DNA of 64,000 nucleotides from an uncultured Alphaproteobacteria bacterium (GCA_910577095.1 CAJTLY010000007.1:34317-98316); one strand, 5' to 3'; numbered from the stretch's first letter, positions 36,001 through 45,688 are shown. The notes: generated from the letters alone by a model not told the origin. Program-made: numbers and translations.

Positions 36001-38542
36001 TCAAACGATAGGTTCCTTCGGTATATTCATTAAGGTCAATCGCCAGCGAAGCCCGGCCGTCGGCATCGGTTTCAGCCTCGGGAAGCGTTTTTTGGTAACT
36101 TGCCAGACCTGCCCCCTCGACACGCAACGGATCACGAAAATGATAGCCCTCAAATTCCTTAAACGAGAAAGAAGCCGGAACCAGCGTATAACTCCCCTTC
36201 ACCTTATGACCCGACGCCGGATTGCCGTAAAGGTTCTGCAAATCGACCGTTGCCCGCACATTTTTCTTCCGGTACCAGCCTTTGGCCGGCGCGTCTTCCA
36301 ACTTGAGTTTTATCCGCATCGTATCGGGCATAAATTCCTGAACGCTGAAACTGACCGACGCCACATGATAATATTCGTTGTTTCCGCGGATTTGCCGAAG
36401 ATTAAGGCTGTAACGCCCCAACCCCGCCGTTTGCGGAACCGGATATTTGTATTCTATCAGGCCGAATTTGTCGGGCCAGACTTTTTTCTCAGCCACTTTA
36501 TCATCGTTTTGATTGCGGATTTCCAAACTCATCGGCAAATTCTGCGGTATACTGAGATCTTTTTGCCGGACGATCAGCCCGAAATAAGCTTCTTCGCCGG
36601 GGCGGTAGATTCCGCGATCGGAAAAGCCGTAAGCTGAAACAATATCTTTGGGCATATAATCGTCATCATAAACGCCGCCGACATCAAAACGCGAAACGTC
36701 GGTACGGCGATCGTAACGGTTGACCGGCAAATAAGAAAGATCTCCCTCCCGACTTACTTTATAGACCACGGCCTGCTTGTCATTGCGAAACGCCGAAAAA
36801 TCGGGAATCTCCGTAAAACCCTGCGTATCGGTATACCCGGAAACGACCGGGCGTCCGTTTTTGCCCAACACTTCTACCAACGCGCCCTCAACCGGCCCTT
36901 CCTCGGCAATCGAAGAAACCAAAACCGCATGCGTGCCGTCGGCATTGTCTTTGACAATAATGCCCAGATCGGTAATAACGATCAGCCGCGAGTCTTCCGC
37001 GGTGGTGCCCGATTGACGCAAACTTCCGCTCACCTTAACCAGAAAAATGCCTTTTTTATCCTGAAAATATTCGCCGAGATCAAGTGACGAATAAACCTGA
37101 TCTGCCGGATGCTGCAAATTAATGCTCAATTCTTTTTCAAAAACTTCGGCAATGTTGTCTTCGTTAAAACTGTATCGGTTAATAAAATAAGGCGTCGCAA
37201 AATTGCCGCCGGTCTGAGTCACCAAGTGATTAAGATTATCGGAAGCAATCCGCGCCACTTTGACTTTCAGCTTATCTGCCCCGCGCGAAACCAACGGCAG
37301 ATTTTTGTCGCTTTTAAGCGGAAGAACAGCGCCGTCAAAGGCTATTCCCGCTTCAACCGGATAAGCCGGCGCCTGAAGCAGGTAAACTTCGTCATTTCCG
37401 AGTTTATACCCTTCTTCCGAACGGATATTCTGCCTGATCAACACCGCGAGACAACGCGGTTCGCCGCTGTAATCATACCGAAAATTATATGTCTTGGCTG
37501 CCTTTTGTTCCGAATCAATCCGGTTCAGTTCTAATTTGCGGAAGGCCGAAACAAGCGCTGTTTTTTCGTTTTCTTTCTTCTTGGCCAACTTTGATTGCAA
37601 ATTGCCGCAATAGTTTTCATCACTGACATACAGTTCAATATTGGCTTTTGCTTCTTCGCTGCTGACCGCGGTCGAAAACTCCGTCAGCAAAATCTGTTCC
37701 GGCCGGTTTTCTTTTTGCTCATTGCGAACAATACGGCTGTCTACCGACGTCACTTTGAAAAAATCGGAAATTCCCGGTACCGAAACCACTGCCCGTACCA
37801 CAGTCTGCAGTTTGCGATCGTTATAGGCGTTGGCAACCTTATCTACTTCGATATTGATAAAATCGGCGTTTTTCTTTATCGTTACCGGGGAAGACATCAC
37901 ATGCAGCTTGTGATCCCGGTCGGTCAGATTATAAGTGAAATCATATTCTTCGCCGTTGTCCGAATAAACCCGGATTTGTTTCTGAAGATCTTTGGTTTGC
38001 AGCGGATAGGTAAAGGAAAAGGTGGCCACGGCGTGTTTGGAACGCACGTCCAGGGGCGATTCGTAAAAATCCTTGTTTTCCGCTGTTGCCCGAAAATCGG
38101 GAGCACGGAAAGAAAAAGTCCGGTCTTTTAAGACAATCCCGTCACTCAGAACACTGTCGGCAATCCTTACCGTATATTCGGCAGCGGGAATCCAATCGGC
38201 GGAAGGCGTCAGCCGCAAGGTACGATCGTTGGGCAAAGACCAGCTGCCCTTGACCGGCGGATTGACCGTCAGTCCCCGGTTTAATTCTTCTTCGCTCAGT
38301 CCCAGCTTAAACGCCGCATCACTGAAATATGCCTCAACCGTATCCACAACAATCCCGTCATCACGGACAGTCGTGTACATCGGATGTGAAATCGAACGCA
38401 CGGAAACCACTGTCCGCTGTTTTTCATGCAGAGTGTAACTCTTAGGCATTAAGTACAAATAAACGGCGCCGGCGGACAGACCCAAAAAGACGGTTGCGGC
38501 TCCGATGATTAAAAAAATTTTTGACGAAAAAAGCTTTTTCAT
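33017..38542 (-). CDS. alpha-2-macroglobulin family protein (YfhM-like)
   Basis: 1841 aa with an N-terminal hydrophobic anchor. Thioester motif CTEQ encoded at 34259-34270. Classic pairing with pbpC. Confidence 0.9.
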   Translation of the reverse strand: MKKLFSSKIFLIIGAATVFLGLSAGAVYLYLMPKSYTLHEKQRTVVSVRSISHPMYTTVRDDGIVVDTVEAYFSDAAFKLGLSEEELNRGLTVNPPVKGSWSLPNDRTLRLTPSADWIPAAEYTVRIADSVLSDGIVLKDRTFSFRAPDFRATAENKDFYESPLDVRSKHAVATFSFTYPLQTKDLQKQIRVYSDNGEEYDFTYNLTDRDHKLHVMSSPVTIKKNADFINIEVDKVANAYNDRKLQTVVRAVVSVPGISDFFKVTSVDSRIVRNEQKENRPEQILLTEFSTAVSSEEAKANIELYVSDENYCGNLQSKLAKKKENEKTALVSAFRKLELNRIDSEQKAAKTYNFRYDYSGEPRCLAVLIRQNIRSEEGYKLGNDEVYLLQAPAYPVEAGIAFDGAVLPLKSDKNLPLVSRGADKLKVKVARIASDNLNHLVTQTGGNFATPYFINRYSFNEDNIAEVFEKELSINLQHPADQVYSSLDLGEYFQDKKGIFLVKVSGSLRQSGTTAEDSRLIVITDLGIIVKDNADGTHAVLVSSIAEEGPVEGALVEVLGKNGRPVVSGYTDTQGFTEIPDFSAFRNDKQAVVYKVSREGDLSYLPVNRYDRRTDVSRFDVGGVYDDDYMPKDIVSAYGFSDRGIYRPGEEAYFGLIVRQKDLSIPQNLPMSLEIRNQNDDKVAEKKVWPDKFGLIEYKYPVPQTAGLGRYSLNLRQIRGNNEYYHVASVSFSVQEFMPDTMRIKLKLEDAPAKGWYRKKNVRATVDLQNLYGNPASGHKVKGSYTLVPASFSFKEFEGYHFRDPLRVEGAGLASYQKTLPEAETDADGRASLAIDLNEYTEGTYRLNINVDGLELTGGRGVSASAGMLVSPNAYLVGFKADGALNYIYKSSVRRVRLVAVDSSLQPIALNDLKLSLYQREYVSSLVQMPDRTYRYKAVPAEKKLKSEDFSIDAGGSSRFLNTEAPGDYYLQAEDADGNIVMRIDYSVTGDTNSTYAADTEAGLEIKLNRSEYNDGEQIQMQISAPYSGYGLITIERDKVYAYKWFKSETSSTTQEIELPQGIEGNAYINVSWIRNLDSDKIFVSPLSYAVVPFSINKAARRLKIGLNAPATVKPGRELTIEYQADYPGEVIIYGVNTGILQVARYQMPQPLNYFIQKKALQVVTSQILDLILPDIKIVRYLKGIGGDMETGAKPDLRVNPFARKQNRPVVFWSGIVPVETTPRTYTYQVPENFNGEIKIIAVGVSERRMGETERQTAVRGDFALVPSGAYNVSPGDVFDAAVSVANMMENSPAIPVEVRLMAGKGLEVVGDDVQVLKLAYGEEGQARFKVKSGERLGSVPLAFIASNRDNGDQSSRISYEVGIRPASSFVSENKMGFAANTLKLKDFVRPMFEEYRSQEVVASASPLVLTQGLLTFLNAFPHFCTEQSVSKVFPAMEIFFNKPELLKDADIYALYDDVLAKLTERQTLEGSFKAWSSEWSQAREYDSLYALHFLLSARKNNLEVPASLLNKALQYARNVAARPVRGDLDDNPAYAAYLLTLNGEITSGYLTRIERDLGLPDSSQARSSLASVYLAASYKLLQNDAKARQLTGYYKTGRNTVKDARYIYLTAVHFPDDLKSLGQKSVEALLKPLKQGNFTTASAGNALLALNAVGRSDSDNDISFNGTKYQGKGFARFPLDASVKELEVASDRPFYYVISENGFLKEPAGKPLSQGLEISKTYLDKDGERLQKAEIGDEITVVLKIRSQNGKYVNDVAIVDLIPGCLEMVQNSLKGETDNYELREDRALVYLTASPSARTVTYKTKVIARGSFVVPPAVAEALYDPAVRATTKADRIDVEP

Positions 38543-38648
38543 GGCAGGTTTCCTTACAGTTGGCTGACCCTGTCATAATACACCCGCTGTCCGGCTTGGC
38601 AAACAAATTGTCGCACTTATTTACACCGATTACCGGCGGTGTGTCTTT

Positions 38649-39209
38649 TCACAAATAAGGGGTTAAATCGAACACTTCCGTATTTTTCCACACCGGCTGC
38701 TGCACAAATACCGACAGTTCCGGCGGCAGCTTGTGCAAACGCAACATAACCGCCCGCATAAAGTTTCCATGGCTGAAAACGACCACATTATGCTTGCGCA
38801 GCTTTCGCAAACGGGCCAGCATATCATCAACCCGCGACAACATTTGGTTGAAGGATTCGGCACCACGTCCGTCAACATAATCGGGATCGTTACGGGCAAA
38901 ATACGCTTCCGCCCACGGAAGCCTTTCTTCCTGAGTCGTGTTGTTGCAACGGTCTGCATCCAAAAACGAAAACTCCTGCACCGGCCAGATCTCGACCGGT
39001 GTCTCAGGATATTTTTCCGACAACGGCGCCGCCGTCTGCTGTGTGCGTACAAACGGCGAAACAACTATCAGATCCGGTCGGAAACTCAGCTTTTCGGCAA
39101 GCGCCAGCGCTTGTTTTTTTCCGTTTTCCGACAACACCGCACCGCCGTGGCTCGAGGTTCTGCCACCGGCATTACTGACGCTTTCCCCATGTCTAATCAT
39201 ATATATCAT
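38649..39209 (-). CDS. histidine phosphatase family protein
   Basis: 186 aa with an N-terminal RHGES motif and a later SHG motif. Confidence 0.8.
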   Translation of the reverse strand: MIYMIRHGESVSNAGGRTSSHGGAVLSENGKKQALALAEKLSFRPDLIVVSPFVRTQQTAAPLSEKYPETPVEIWPVQEFSFLDADRCNNTTQEERLPWAEAYFARNDPDYVDGRGAESFNQMLSRVDDMLARLRKLRKHNVVVFSHGNFMRAVMLRLHKLPPELSVFVQQPVWKNTEVFDLTPYL

Positions 39210-39267
39210 TGTTGTCTCTTCACATTTAATTCTTTAAAGCGCCCGCCTGTCGCCCCGGCCCTCGTTT

Positions 39268-40221
39268 TCAGGCCAGTTCGGTACGCACAATATCTTCAAT
39301 GGAAGTGTAAACCGGTTTCCACCCCAGCTCGGTTTCGGCTTTGCGGTTGGAAGCAACCAACACAGCCGGATCCCCCGGGCGCCGCGGCGCATACCGCACC
39401 GGAAGCGGCTTGCCGGTCACTTTTTCCGTCGCCGCCGCCACTTCCTGCACAGTCACGCCGTTGGTTGTCCCCAAATTGAAGACCGCGGACGGCTTGCCTT
39501 CGAGCAGACGGTTAATTGCCAGCACATGGGCGGCCGCCAGATCGGACACATGTACATAATCCCGCACGCAGGTTCCGTCACGGGTTTCATAATCATTGCC
39601 GAAAATCTGCAGGCATTCGCGTTTGCCGTCTACCACTTCGCGAATAATCGGCAACAGATTTTGCGGATTGCGGTCACGGCCTTTAATTGCCCCGCCGGCA
39701 TCGTAACCCGCCGCATTGAAATAACGCAACGCCGTATATTTTATGCCTCGCAACCGGTCATACCACTCCATCAGACGTTCCATTTCAACTTTGGTAAAAC
39801 CGTAGAAACTGATCGGATTGAGCGGATGTTCCTCGTCAATCGGCCAATATTCGGGCATGCCGTAAACCGCTGCCGAGGAAGAAAAGACCAACGCCTTTAC
39901 ATTGCTTTTGGCCATTGCGTTCAAGACGTTAACCGCCCCGATCAAATTGTTTTCGGCATAAAGCTCGGGATTCTCCATCGACTCTCCCACCGCTTTTTTA
40001 GCAGCCAGATAAACCACGGCGTCAATTCCGTCTTCCATGGCCGTTTTGAGCTTCGGATAATCGAGGATATCTCCTTCGACAAAGCCGGCACCGGGGAACA
40101 GGTTAATTTTGTGGCCGCTTGAGAGATCGTCATAAACCACCGCTTGCGCGCCCCGGTCCAAAAGCTCTTTAACAACATGAGAACCGATATAACCTGCACC
40201 GCCGATTACCAAAACTTTCAT
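39268..40221 (-). CDS. galE: UDP-glucose 4-epimerase
   Basis: ATG at 40221 gives MKVLVIGGAGYIGSH. Has YGxxK (YGFTK) and typical GalE length. The longer GTG-started ORF is an upstream extension. Confidence 0.9.
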   Translation of the reverse strand: MKVLVIGGAGYIGSHVVKELLDRGAQAVVYDDLSSGHKINLFPGAGFVEGDILDYPKLKTAMEDGIDAVVYLAAKKAVGESMENPELYAENNLIGAVNVLNAMAKSNVKALVFSSSAAVYGMPEYWPIDEEHPLNPISFYGFTKVEMERLMEWYDRLRGIKYTALRYFNAAGYDAGGAIKGRDRNPQNLLPIIREVVDGKRECLQIFGNDYETRDGTCVRDYVHVSDLAAAHVLAINRLLEGKPSAVFNLGTTNGVTVQEVAAATEKVTGKPLPVRYAPRRPGDPAVLVASNRKAETELGWKPVYTSIEDIVRTELA

Positions 40222-40225
40222 TTGC

Positions 40226-41533
40226 TTATTTCCTTTGTCCGATACATTGATACTCAAAACCGGCCTGTTTAACCGCCTCGGCACTGAGCATATTGCGCAG
40301 ATCGACGATTTTGGCACAGTTCATAATTTTTGCCAACCGCCCGAGATCAAGCGTGCGGAAATCTTCCCATTCGGTCAGAATTACCGCGACATCGGCCCCC
40401 GAGCAGGCTTCTTCCGCATCATTGGCATAAGACACCGTATTGTTGAGGATAGATTTGGCGTTGTTCAGCGCTTTCGGGTCGTATACCGTGATATTGCGGG
40501 AATATTTAATCATTTCCTTGATAATATCAATCGCCGGAGATTCGCGGCAGTCGTCGGTTCCGCCTTTAAATGCCAACCCGAGAACGGCAATCTTTCCTTC
40601 CGGATGTTCTTTAATCGCTTCAATGACGCGTCGGCCCATTTTCACCTTGCGGTTGTCGTTTTCGGCAATTGTGGTTTCAATCAGATTGAGATGCGAACCG
40701 AATTTTTTGCCCATTTGCGCCATCGCGTTGGTATCTTTCGGAAAGCATGACCCGCCGTAACCGGGTCCCGGATTGAGGAATTTTTTGCCGATACGGGAGT
40801 CCAACCCCATCCCCTTCGCCACTTCGCGGATGTCGGCCCCGGAACATTCACAGAAATCCGCCATTTCGTTAACATAATGAATTTTCATTGCCAAAAAGGC
40901 ATTGGATGCATATTTGATCGTTTCTGAAGAACGGCGTTTAACACACAAAAACTCGCTTTTTCCTTCAAAGGGACGATACAATTCCAACATCACTTTCCGC
41001 GCTTTTTCGCTGTCGGTGCCGATTACAATCCGATCCGGATTGAAAAAGTCGTGAATGGCAAAACCTTCGCGCAGAAACTCGGGCAGAGAAACAACGTCAA
41101 AATCGGCTTTCGGATTGACTTTGGCAATGATTTGTTCAATCTCGTCGCCGGTACCGACCGGAACCGTCGATTTGGTTGCCACAACCGTATAACCGTCCAA
41201 ATATCCGGCCAACTCTTCGGCCGCTGCATAAATATATTTAAGATCGGCTTCCTTTGTCACCGGATGCGGCGGTGTTCCGACGGCCAGCATGACAATATCC
41301 GCCCCTTTCACCGCCGATTCCATATCGGTGGTAAAAGAAAGCGCGCCGGCCGCAACGTTTTTGCGAAACAATTCTTCCATTCCGTCTTCATATAAAGTTA
41401 ACTCGCCCCGATTGAGTTTGTCGATCTTGTCCGCCAGTTTGTCGACGCAAACGACGCGGTTACCAAGTTCGGCAAGGCCGACCCCGGTTGGCAGTCCTAC
41501 ATATCCGGTTCCGATAATAGCAACTTTCTTCAT
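40226..41533 (-). CDS. ugd: UDP-glucose 6-dehydrogenase
   Basis: 435 aa with GTGYVGL Rossmann motif and GGSCFPKD catalytic Cys motif. Ends 4 nt before galE. Confidence 0.93.
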   Translation of the reverse strand: MKKVAIIGTGYVGLPTGVGLAELGNRVVCVDKLADKIDKLNRGELTLYEDGMEELFRKNVAAGALSFTTDMESAVKGADIVMLAVGTPPHPVTKEADLKYIYAAAEELAGYLDGYTVVATKSTVPVGTGDEIEQIIAKVNPKADFDVVSLPEFLREGFAIHDFFNPDRIVIGTDSEKARKVMLELYRPFEGKSEFLCVKRRSSETIKYASNAFLAMKIHYVNEMADFCECSGADIREVAKGMGLDSRIGKKFLNPGPGYGGSCFPKDTNAMAQMGKKFGSHLNLIETTIAENDNRKVKMGRRVIEAIKEHPEGKIAVLGLAFKGGTDDCRESPAIDIIKEMIKYSRNITVYDPKALNNAKSILNNTVSYANDAEEACSGADVAVILTEWEDFRTLDLGRLAKIMNCAKIVDLRNMLSAEAVKQAGFEYQCIGQRK

Positions 41534-41713
41534 TATAGAATATCCTCACTAATACAATTATTACATACTTTTAGTTTAGTCAGATCACAACTAATTATAG
41601 TATCGCAACATTAAAACACAAGTACTGATTACATTTTGCACACGACTTATAATTTGTATTGCGCAAGTCGTTAAAAAACACTATATTTTTTAAAACTTAA
41701 TTTGAGGAAAAAG

Positions 41714-42388
41714 ATGCAAAAAGAGCTTTACCTGTTTATTGTGTGGCAGAACGCCCGGTTTATGGAAAAACAGATCGCGGCCGATCTCAAAAAGAAATTC
41801 GAAATTTTCCGAATTCTCGAAGTGACTTGGAAACCGGAAAATTTTTCCCTCAATTTGGCACGGTTCTACGGCAAAAAACTGCCCAAAGGATGTAAAAAAG
41901 AAAAAGAAACCGGCGCCGGCTCTTTTCGGGTGTATTTGGTTTATGACCACAACCCCCAGTATGCAGACGGCAAAAATGTCAACATTGTCAAAAGCAAATA
42001 CGAATACCGCCAGTTAACCGGCGGCGGCAATCTGATACACGCCAGCGACAATCCGTCCGAAACCAACGAAAACCTTTTGCTGTTGTTCGGAAAAACAATT
42101 AAGGATTTTGAACAGGAAGGCCCTGACACCGCAATAACGCCTTACGGGCGGGATCTGATCGGCTGCCCGGTATGGGAAAGTTTGGAACAGGCTCTCGAAG
42201 CCGTTAAGAAAGTTCCGTTTACCCGGGTCAAAGCCTATAAAAACTCTTATCTGATTCACAGCCGCAACGCCGATCTCGCTCGCCGGATTCTCAACGCTTC
42301 CAGCCATTTTTCAATTCCGGGAATCCATAAATATTCGATCGAAATCGGCAAATCGCGGCAACCGGTATATATCCGCAAGGTCAACTAA
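41714..42388 (+). CDS. hypothetical protein, possible NDK-like fold
   Basis: ATG at 41714 with GAGGA 5 nt upstream. NLIHASDNPSETNEN resembles the NxxHGSDSxxxAxRE loop of nucleoside-diphosphate kinases. Otherwise unrecognised. Confidence 0.55.
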   Translation: MQKELYLFIVWQNARFMEKQIAADLKKKFEIFRILEVTWKPENFSLNLARFYGKKLPKGCKKEKETGAGSFRVYLVYDHNPQYADGKNVNIVKSKYEYRQLTGGGNLIHASDNPSETNENLLLLFGKTIKDFEQEGPDTAITPYGRDLIGCPVWESLEQALEAVKKVPFTRVKAYKNSYLIHSRNADLARRILNASSHFSIPGIHKYSIEIGKSRQPVYIRKVN

Positions 42389-42744
42389 ATCTTACGGTGT
42401 TTTTTTGCGGTAACGTCATCATCGTCGTCGTCGTCCGCTTCGGCATCCGGCGTTCTGGTAAACAAAACGTTCCATATCTGGCGTCTGAACATCCAGATGT
42501 TGATCAGTCCGAGTACTACCATCAGCGAAGCAAAAAGATACAAAATATAATACCAGCTGAGTTCGGTCGCATTCATCATCACTTCCTGGTTGGTAAAACG
42601 CAAAAAGCTGATCGACACCGCGGTGACAATAAAAGAAACCAAAAAAGCCCCCATCCACACCCGGCGCATCACAAACTTATCCGCCATCAGTGATGTCAGG
42701 GCATAAATTAAAAACAAAGCCACAAATAAATATAATTCCATCAT
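42385..42744 (-). CDS. small membrane protein with poly-Asp tail
   Basis: 119 aa with 3 predicted TM helices and a C-terminal DAEADDDDDDDV. Its stop codon overlaps the stop of the convergent 41714-42388 gene by 4 nt. Confidence 0.5.
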   Translation of the reverse strand: MMELYLFVALFLIYALTSLMADKFVMRRVWMGAFLVSFIVTAVSISFLRFTNQEVMMNATELSWYYILYLFASLMVVLGLINIWMFRRQIWNVLFTRTPDAEADDDDDDDVTAKKHRKI

Positions 42745-42911
42745 CGTATACCTCTTAATTATCTTTCGCTAAATAAGATAATGATGCTTCCGGTCTTTTC
42801 AACAACCGCCGCATTTTTTATTTGCCTGCAAACAGTTATTTGACATCCCGCTATTTTCACATAAGAAAAGACTGCTACCTTACGGCAGCAGTCTTTTCTT
42901 TGATTTCGGGG

Positions 42912-43160
42912 TCAACCTCTGTAGAACCACCACGAAATCAACACGTTTCTTTTACCGGTAATCCAGCAAAAGATCGTATAGATCCCGCCGATCACAGCAC
43001 CAAAAGCCCACATACCGCCGAAAATCCAGCCGATAAGCGCGCCGAGAAACGCCGTGATCACCAGTTCGAGCACATAGCTCAAACCGTTGTAGAACAATTC
43101 TTTGCACGCACCGCAAAGAACACATACTATAAAACCGCCGAAAATAATACTTGCTATCAT
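42912..43160 (-). CDS. small Gly-rich membrane protein
   Basis: 82 aa with 3 hydrophobic segments carrying GxxxG-like spacing. Confidence 0.45.
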   Translation of the reverse strand: MIASIIFGGFIVCVLCGACKELFYNGLSYVLELVITAFLGALIGWIFGGMWAFGAVIGGIYTIFCWITGKRNVLISWWFYRG

Positions 43161-43229
43161 AGTTTTAATTTTTTTAAATTTTACATTTGTCTCCGATTAT
43201 CAGCTCTCAACGCCGGAGACTTGGCGTTG

Positions 43230-43544
43230 TCAGAACAAAAACTTATTATCATTTTTTCTCCAAGATCCCCAGTGAACAATCACCAGAAAAACATTGACAA
43301 TCACGATGCCTGTTAAGGTCACAATCATCTCCGTATATCCCGGGAAAAACTTATTAATGATACCGTCGATTATCCCTCCTACCAAAACCGGTAAGAAATT
43401 TACAAACAAAGATACCCATGTCTGTATGGCATCATCGGTTTTAGTGGTAAACATCAACCATAAACCGGTCAATATCATTACACCCAAACCAATTTTTAGA
43501 GATAAACATAAAGTTACGGTCTCAGTTATTGTCGTTGTTTCCAT
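43230..43544 (-). CDS. small membrane protein
   Basis: 104 aa with 3 predicted TM helices. Preceded by a 370-nt AT-rich region. Confidence 0.45.
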   Translation of the reverse strand: METTTITETVTLCLSLKIGLGVMILTGLWLMFTTKTDDAIQTWVSLFVNFLPVLVGGIIDGIINKFFPGYTEMIVTLTGIVIVNVFLVIVHWGSWRKNDNKFLF

Positions 43545-43916
43545 AATATTTAGATTTAAAGGTTATTACTGTTGTCTGTTCAAGTTTTCACTCAAATGTT
43601 CGACAGTTACAACCGATAAAAAAGGCAAAACCTAATTTTATGACGGCAAGCTTGCGAATAATTGAATAGAAAAATTGAACAGACTAATTTTGTTATACCT
43701 TTATTATATGTTTTTTGTCACAAATTGCAAGCAAAATCCTGCTTTTTTGTCATTTTTTTTAATTAACCCTATATTCTTGACAAAATACAAGCTGATAAGC
43801 TTCGCAATTGTGCAAACAACTTCTCTCAAATTCAAAAATCCGCTGGAGCAGCCGATATTTAGCCTTACCGAAAGAATTCCTTATTTCACAAAAAAAGCCC
43901 CGTCTCCGGGGCAAAA

Positions 43917-45680
43917 TTATGATTGCGGCACTTCATCCAACAACGGCCACTTGCCTTCCAGAAATTGCTGCAAACTTTGCTGCTTTTGCCGCAACCGCGA
44001 CCCATACATCCAATAGTTGGTAATCACCCGCTTAACGTACAATCGAGTTTCCCGCCACGGAATCATTTCCATAAACAACAGGGGATCGTTTTGATAATCA
44101 ATATTTTCAACCCATCGTTTCAGGTTATGCGGACCGCCGTTATAAGAAGCCGCCAAAAAAATCAGATTATCGCCGACATGTTCCTTTTGCCGCAACAGAG
44201 AAACATAATCCTGACCGATCTTCAGGTTAACCTGGCGGTCAAACAACGGCCGCCAGTTGGTTTTAAAAGATTTATCGCCGGTCACTTCGGCTGCGGTTGC
44301 CGGCATCACCTGCATCAATCCGCAAGCACCGGCATGGCTGCGCACCGTCGGCGCAAATAAAGATTCCTGCCGGGTGAGCGCCCATACCCATGCCGGATTG
44401 ACCGTCCACCCCGGTTCCGGCTGCCACGCCGGCCGCGGGTACAAAAACGGATCATAGGCGCGACCTTTGTCATAGTTTTTCAGATCGTTAGCCACCACAA
44501 AACTCAAATTCGCCAAGCTGTACTGGCTGCTGATATAAAGCAAAAGTTCTTTCTGGCGAATATTCATTTTGCCGTAATTGCGGCGCAAATCGCTTTCGGC
44601 CAAATCCGGCTGCCCCGCTTCCGCCAGCAAAACCCCGCGCCGGATCGCCGGAGAAGCCACGATTTCTTTTATGTAAGATTTGTCGTCCAAACGGTTAAAA
44701 TAATGACGCGGCTGCCAGTCATAGCTGACTTTGTCGGTCAGCATATAACGGGCCAAAATCCCGTAAAAAGTACGCGGATATTTGGTGGCAAGCCGTAAGT
44801 TGGCGGTTGCTCCGTCGGGACGCTTTAACTTGATGTTGGCACGATAAGCCCAATACGCACCGGCAGCTGTCAACCAGGGATCATTATCCTTCAGGCGTGC
44901 CAGCCTGCCAAAATAATCGGCCGCCAGTTTATAATTTTTTTCCTTCCAGGCCGCCAGACCGCCAAACCAGCTCGCCGTTGCGTCATGGCTGCGCAAGATC
45001 GGCTGCCGGCTCCATTTTAAGGCCGCTTTATTGTCACCTTCCAGAAAATAAGCCGATGCCAAAGTCGCGCTCATCGCATCATAATTCTTTACCGGCATCA
45101 GTTTTTTGAACTTTTTGTCATTTAATATTTTGACCGCCGTCTCATGCTTGGAACTGCGGATCGATTTGAGGAATTCGTCAATTTTGGTTTTGACATATTT
45201 GCGGTCGGCCGCTTTCAGACGCGTATAGCCGTCCTTATACCAACTGTAGGATGCATAAATCTTTTTCTTTTCCTTGACCGGCTTGGGAGGCTTGTAGCCG
45301 GGCGCTTTCGTCACCGCCAGATTTTTGATCCGTTGATATTGCGGAAGCATCGGATACCTTTTTAACCAGCTCTGCAATTCTTCATAAGAAGATTTGTAAT
45401 CTTTATGCAGGTATTTCTCCGCCAACACATGCCCGAGCAACGCATGGCCTTTGAGTTTTTTCTGCAGTTCTTCCGCCGTTTTAATATCGTTGGCTTTCAA
45501 AGCAGCGAAAATATCACGGTAATTTTTGACGTCGGCTTCGGAAACAGCGGCCTCTTCCCGTACCCGACGATAAACCGTCGGGTCGATAATTTTAAAATTT
45601 TTTGACGCTGCCGCGGCCTCCCACGGAAGCATCAGCAACGCCAAAAACACTGTCAAAACTTTTTTCAATTTTTTACTCAA
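43917..45680 (-). CDS. slt: soluble lytic murein transglycosylase (Slt70-like)
   Basis: 587 aa with a signal peptide, a long helical N-domain, and the SLT catalytic block RQESLF...GLMQVMPATA. Confidence 0.88.
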   Translation of the reverse strand: MSKKLKKVLTVFLALLMLPWEAAAASKNFKIIDPTVYRRVREEAAVSEADVKNYRDIFAALKANDIKTAEELQKKLKGHALLGHVLAEKYLHKDYKSSYEELQSWLKRYPMLPQYQRIKNLAVTKAPGYKPPKPVKEKKKIYASYSWYKDGYTRLKAADRKYVKTKIDEFLKSIRSSKHETAVKILNDKKFKKLMPVKNYDAMSATLASAYFLEGDNKAALKWSRQPILRSHDATASWFGGLAAWKEKNYKLAADYFGRLARLKDNDPWLTAAGAYWAYRANIKLKRPDGATANLRLATKYPRTFYGILARYMLTDKVSYDWQPRHYFNRLDDKSYIKEIVASPAIRRGVLLAEAGQPDLAESDLRRNYGKMNIRQKELLLYISSQYSLANLSFVVANDLKNYDKGRAYDPFLYPRPAWQPEPGWTVNPAWVWALTRQESLFAPTVRSHAGACGLMQVMPATAAEVTGDKSFKTNWRPLFDRQVNLKIGQDYVSLLRQKEHVGDNLIFLAASYNGGPHNLKRWVENIDYQNDPLLFMEMIPWRETRLYVKRVITNYWMYGSRLRQKQQSLQQFLEGKWPLLDEVPQS

Positions 45681-45688
45681 ACCAACTT

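Noticed and set aside
39268-40317. The longer GTG-initiated form of galE overlapping the ugd 3' end.
   Set aside because: The extra 32 codons have no GalE homology. The ATG at 40221 gives the canonical MKVLVIGGAGYIGSH Rossmann start, 4 nt after the ugd stop.
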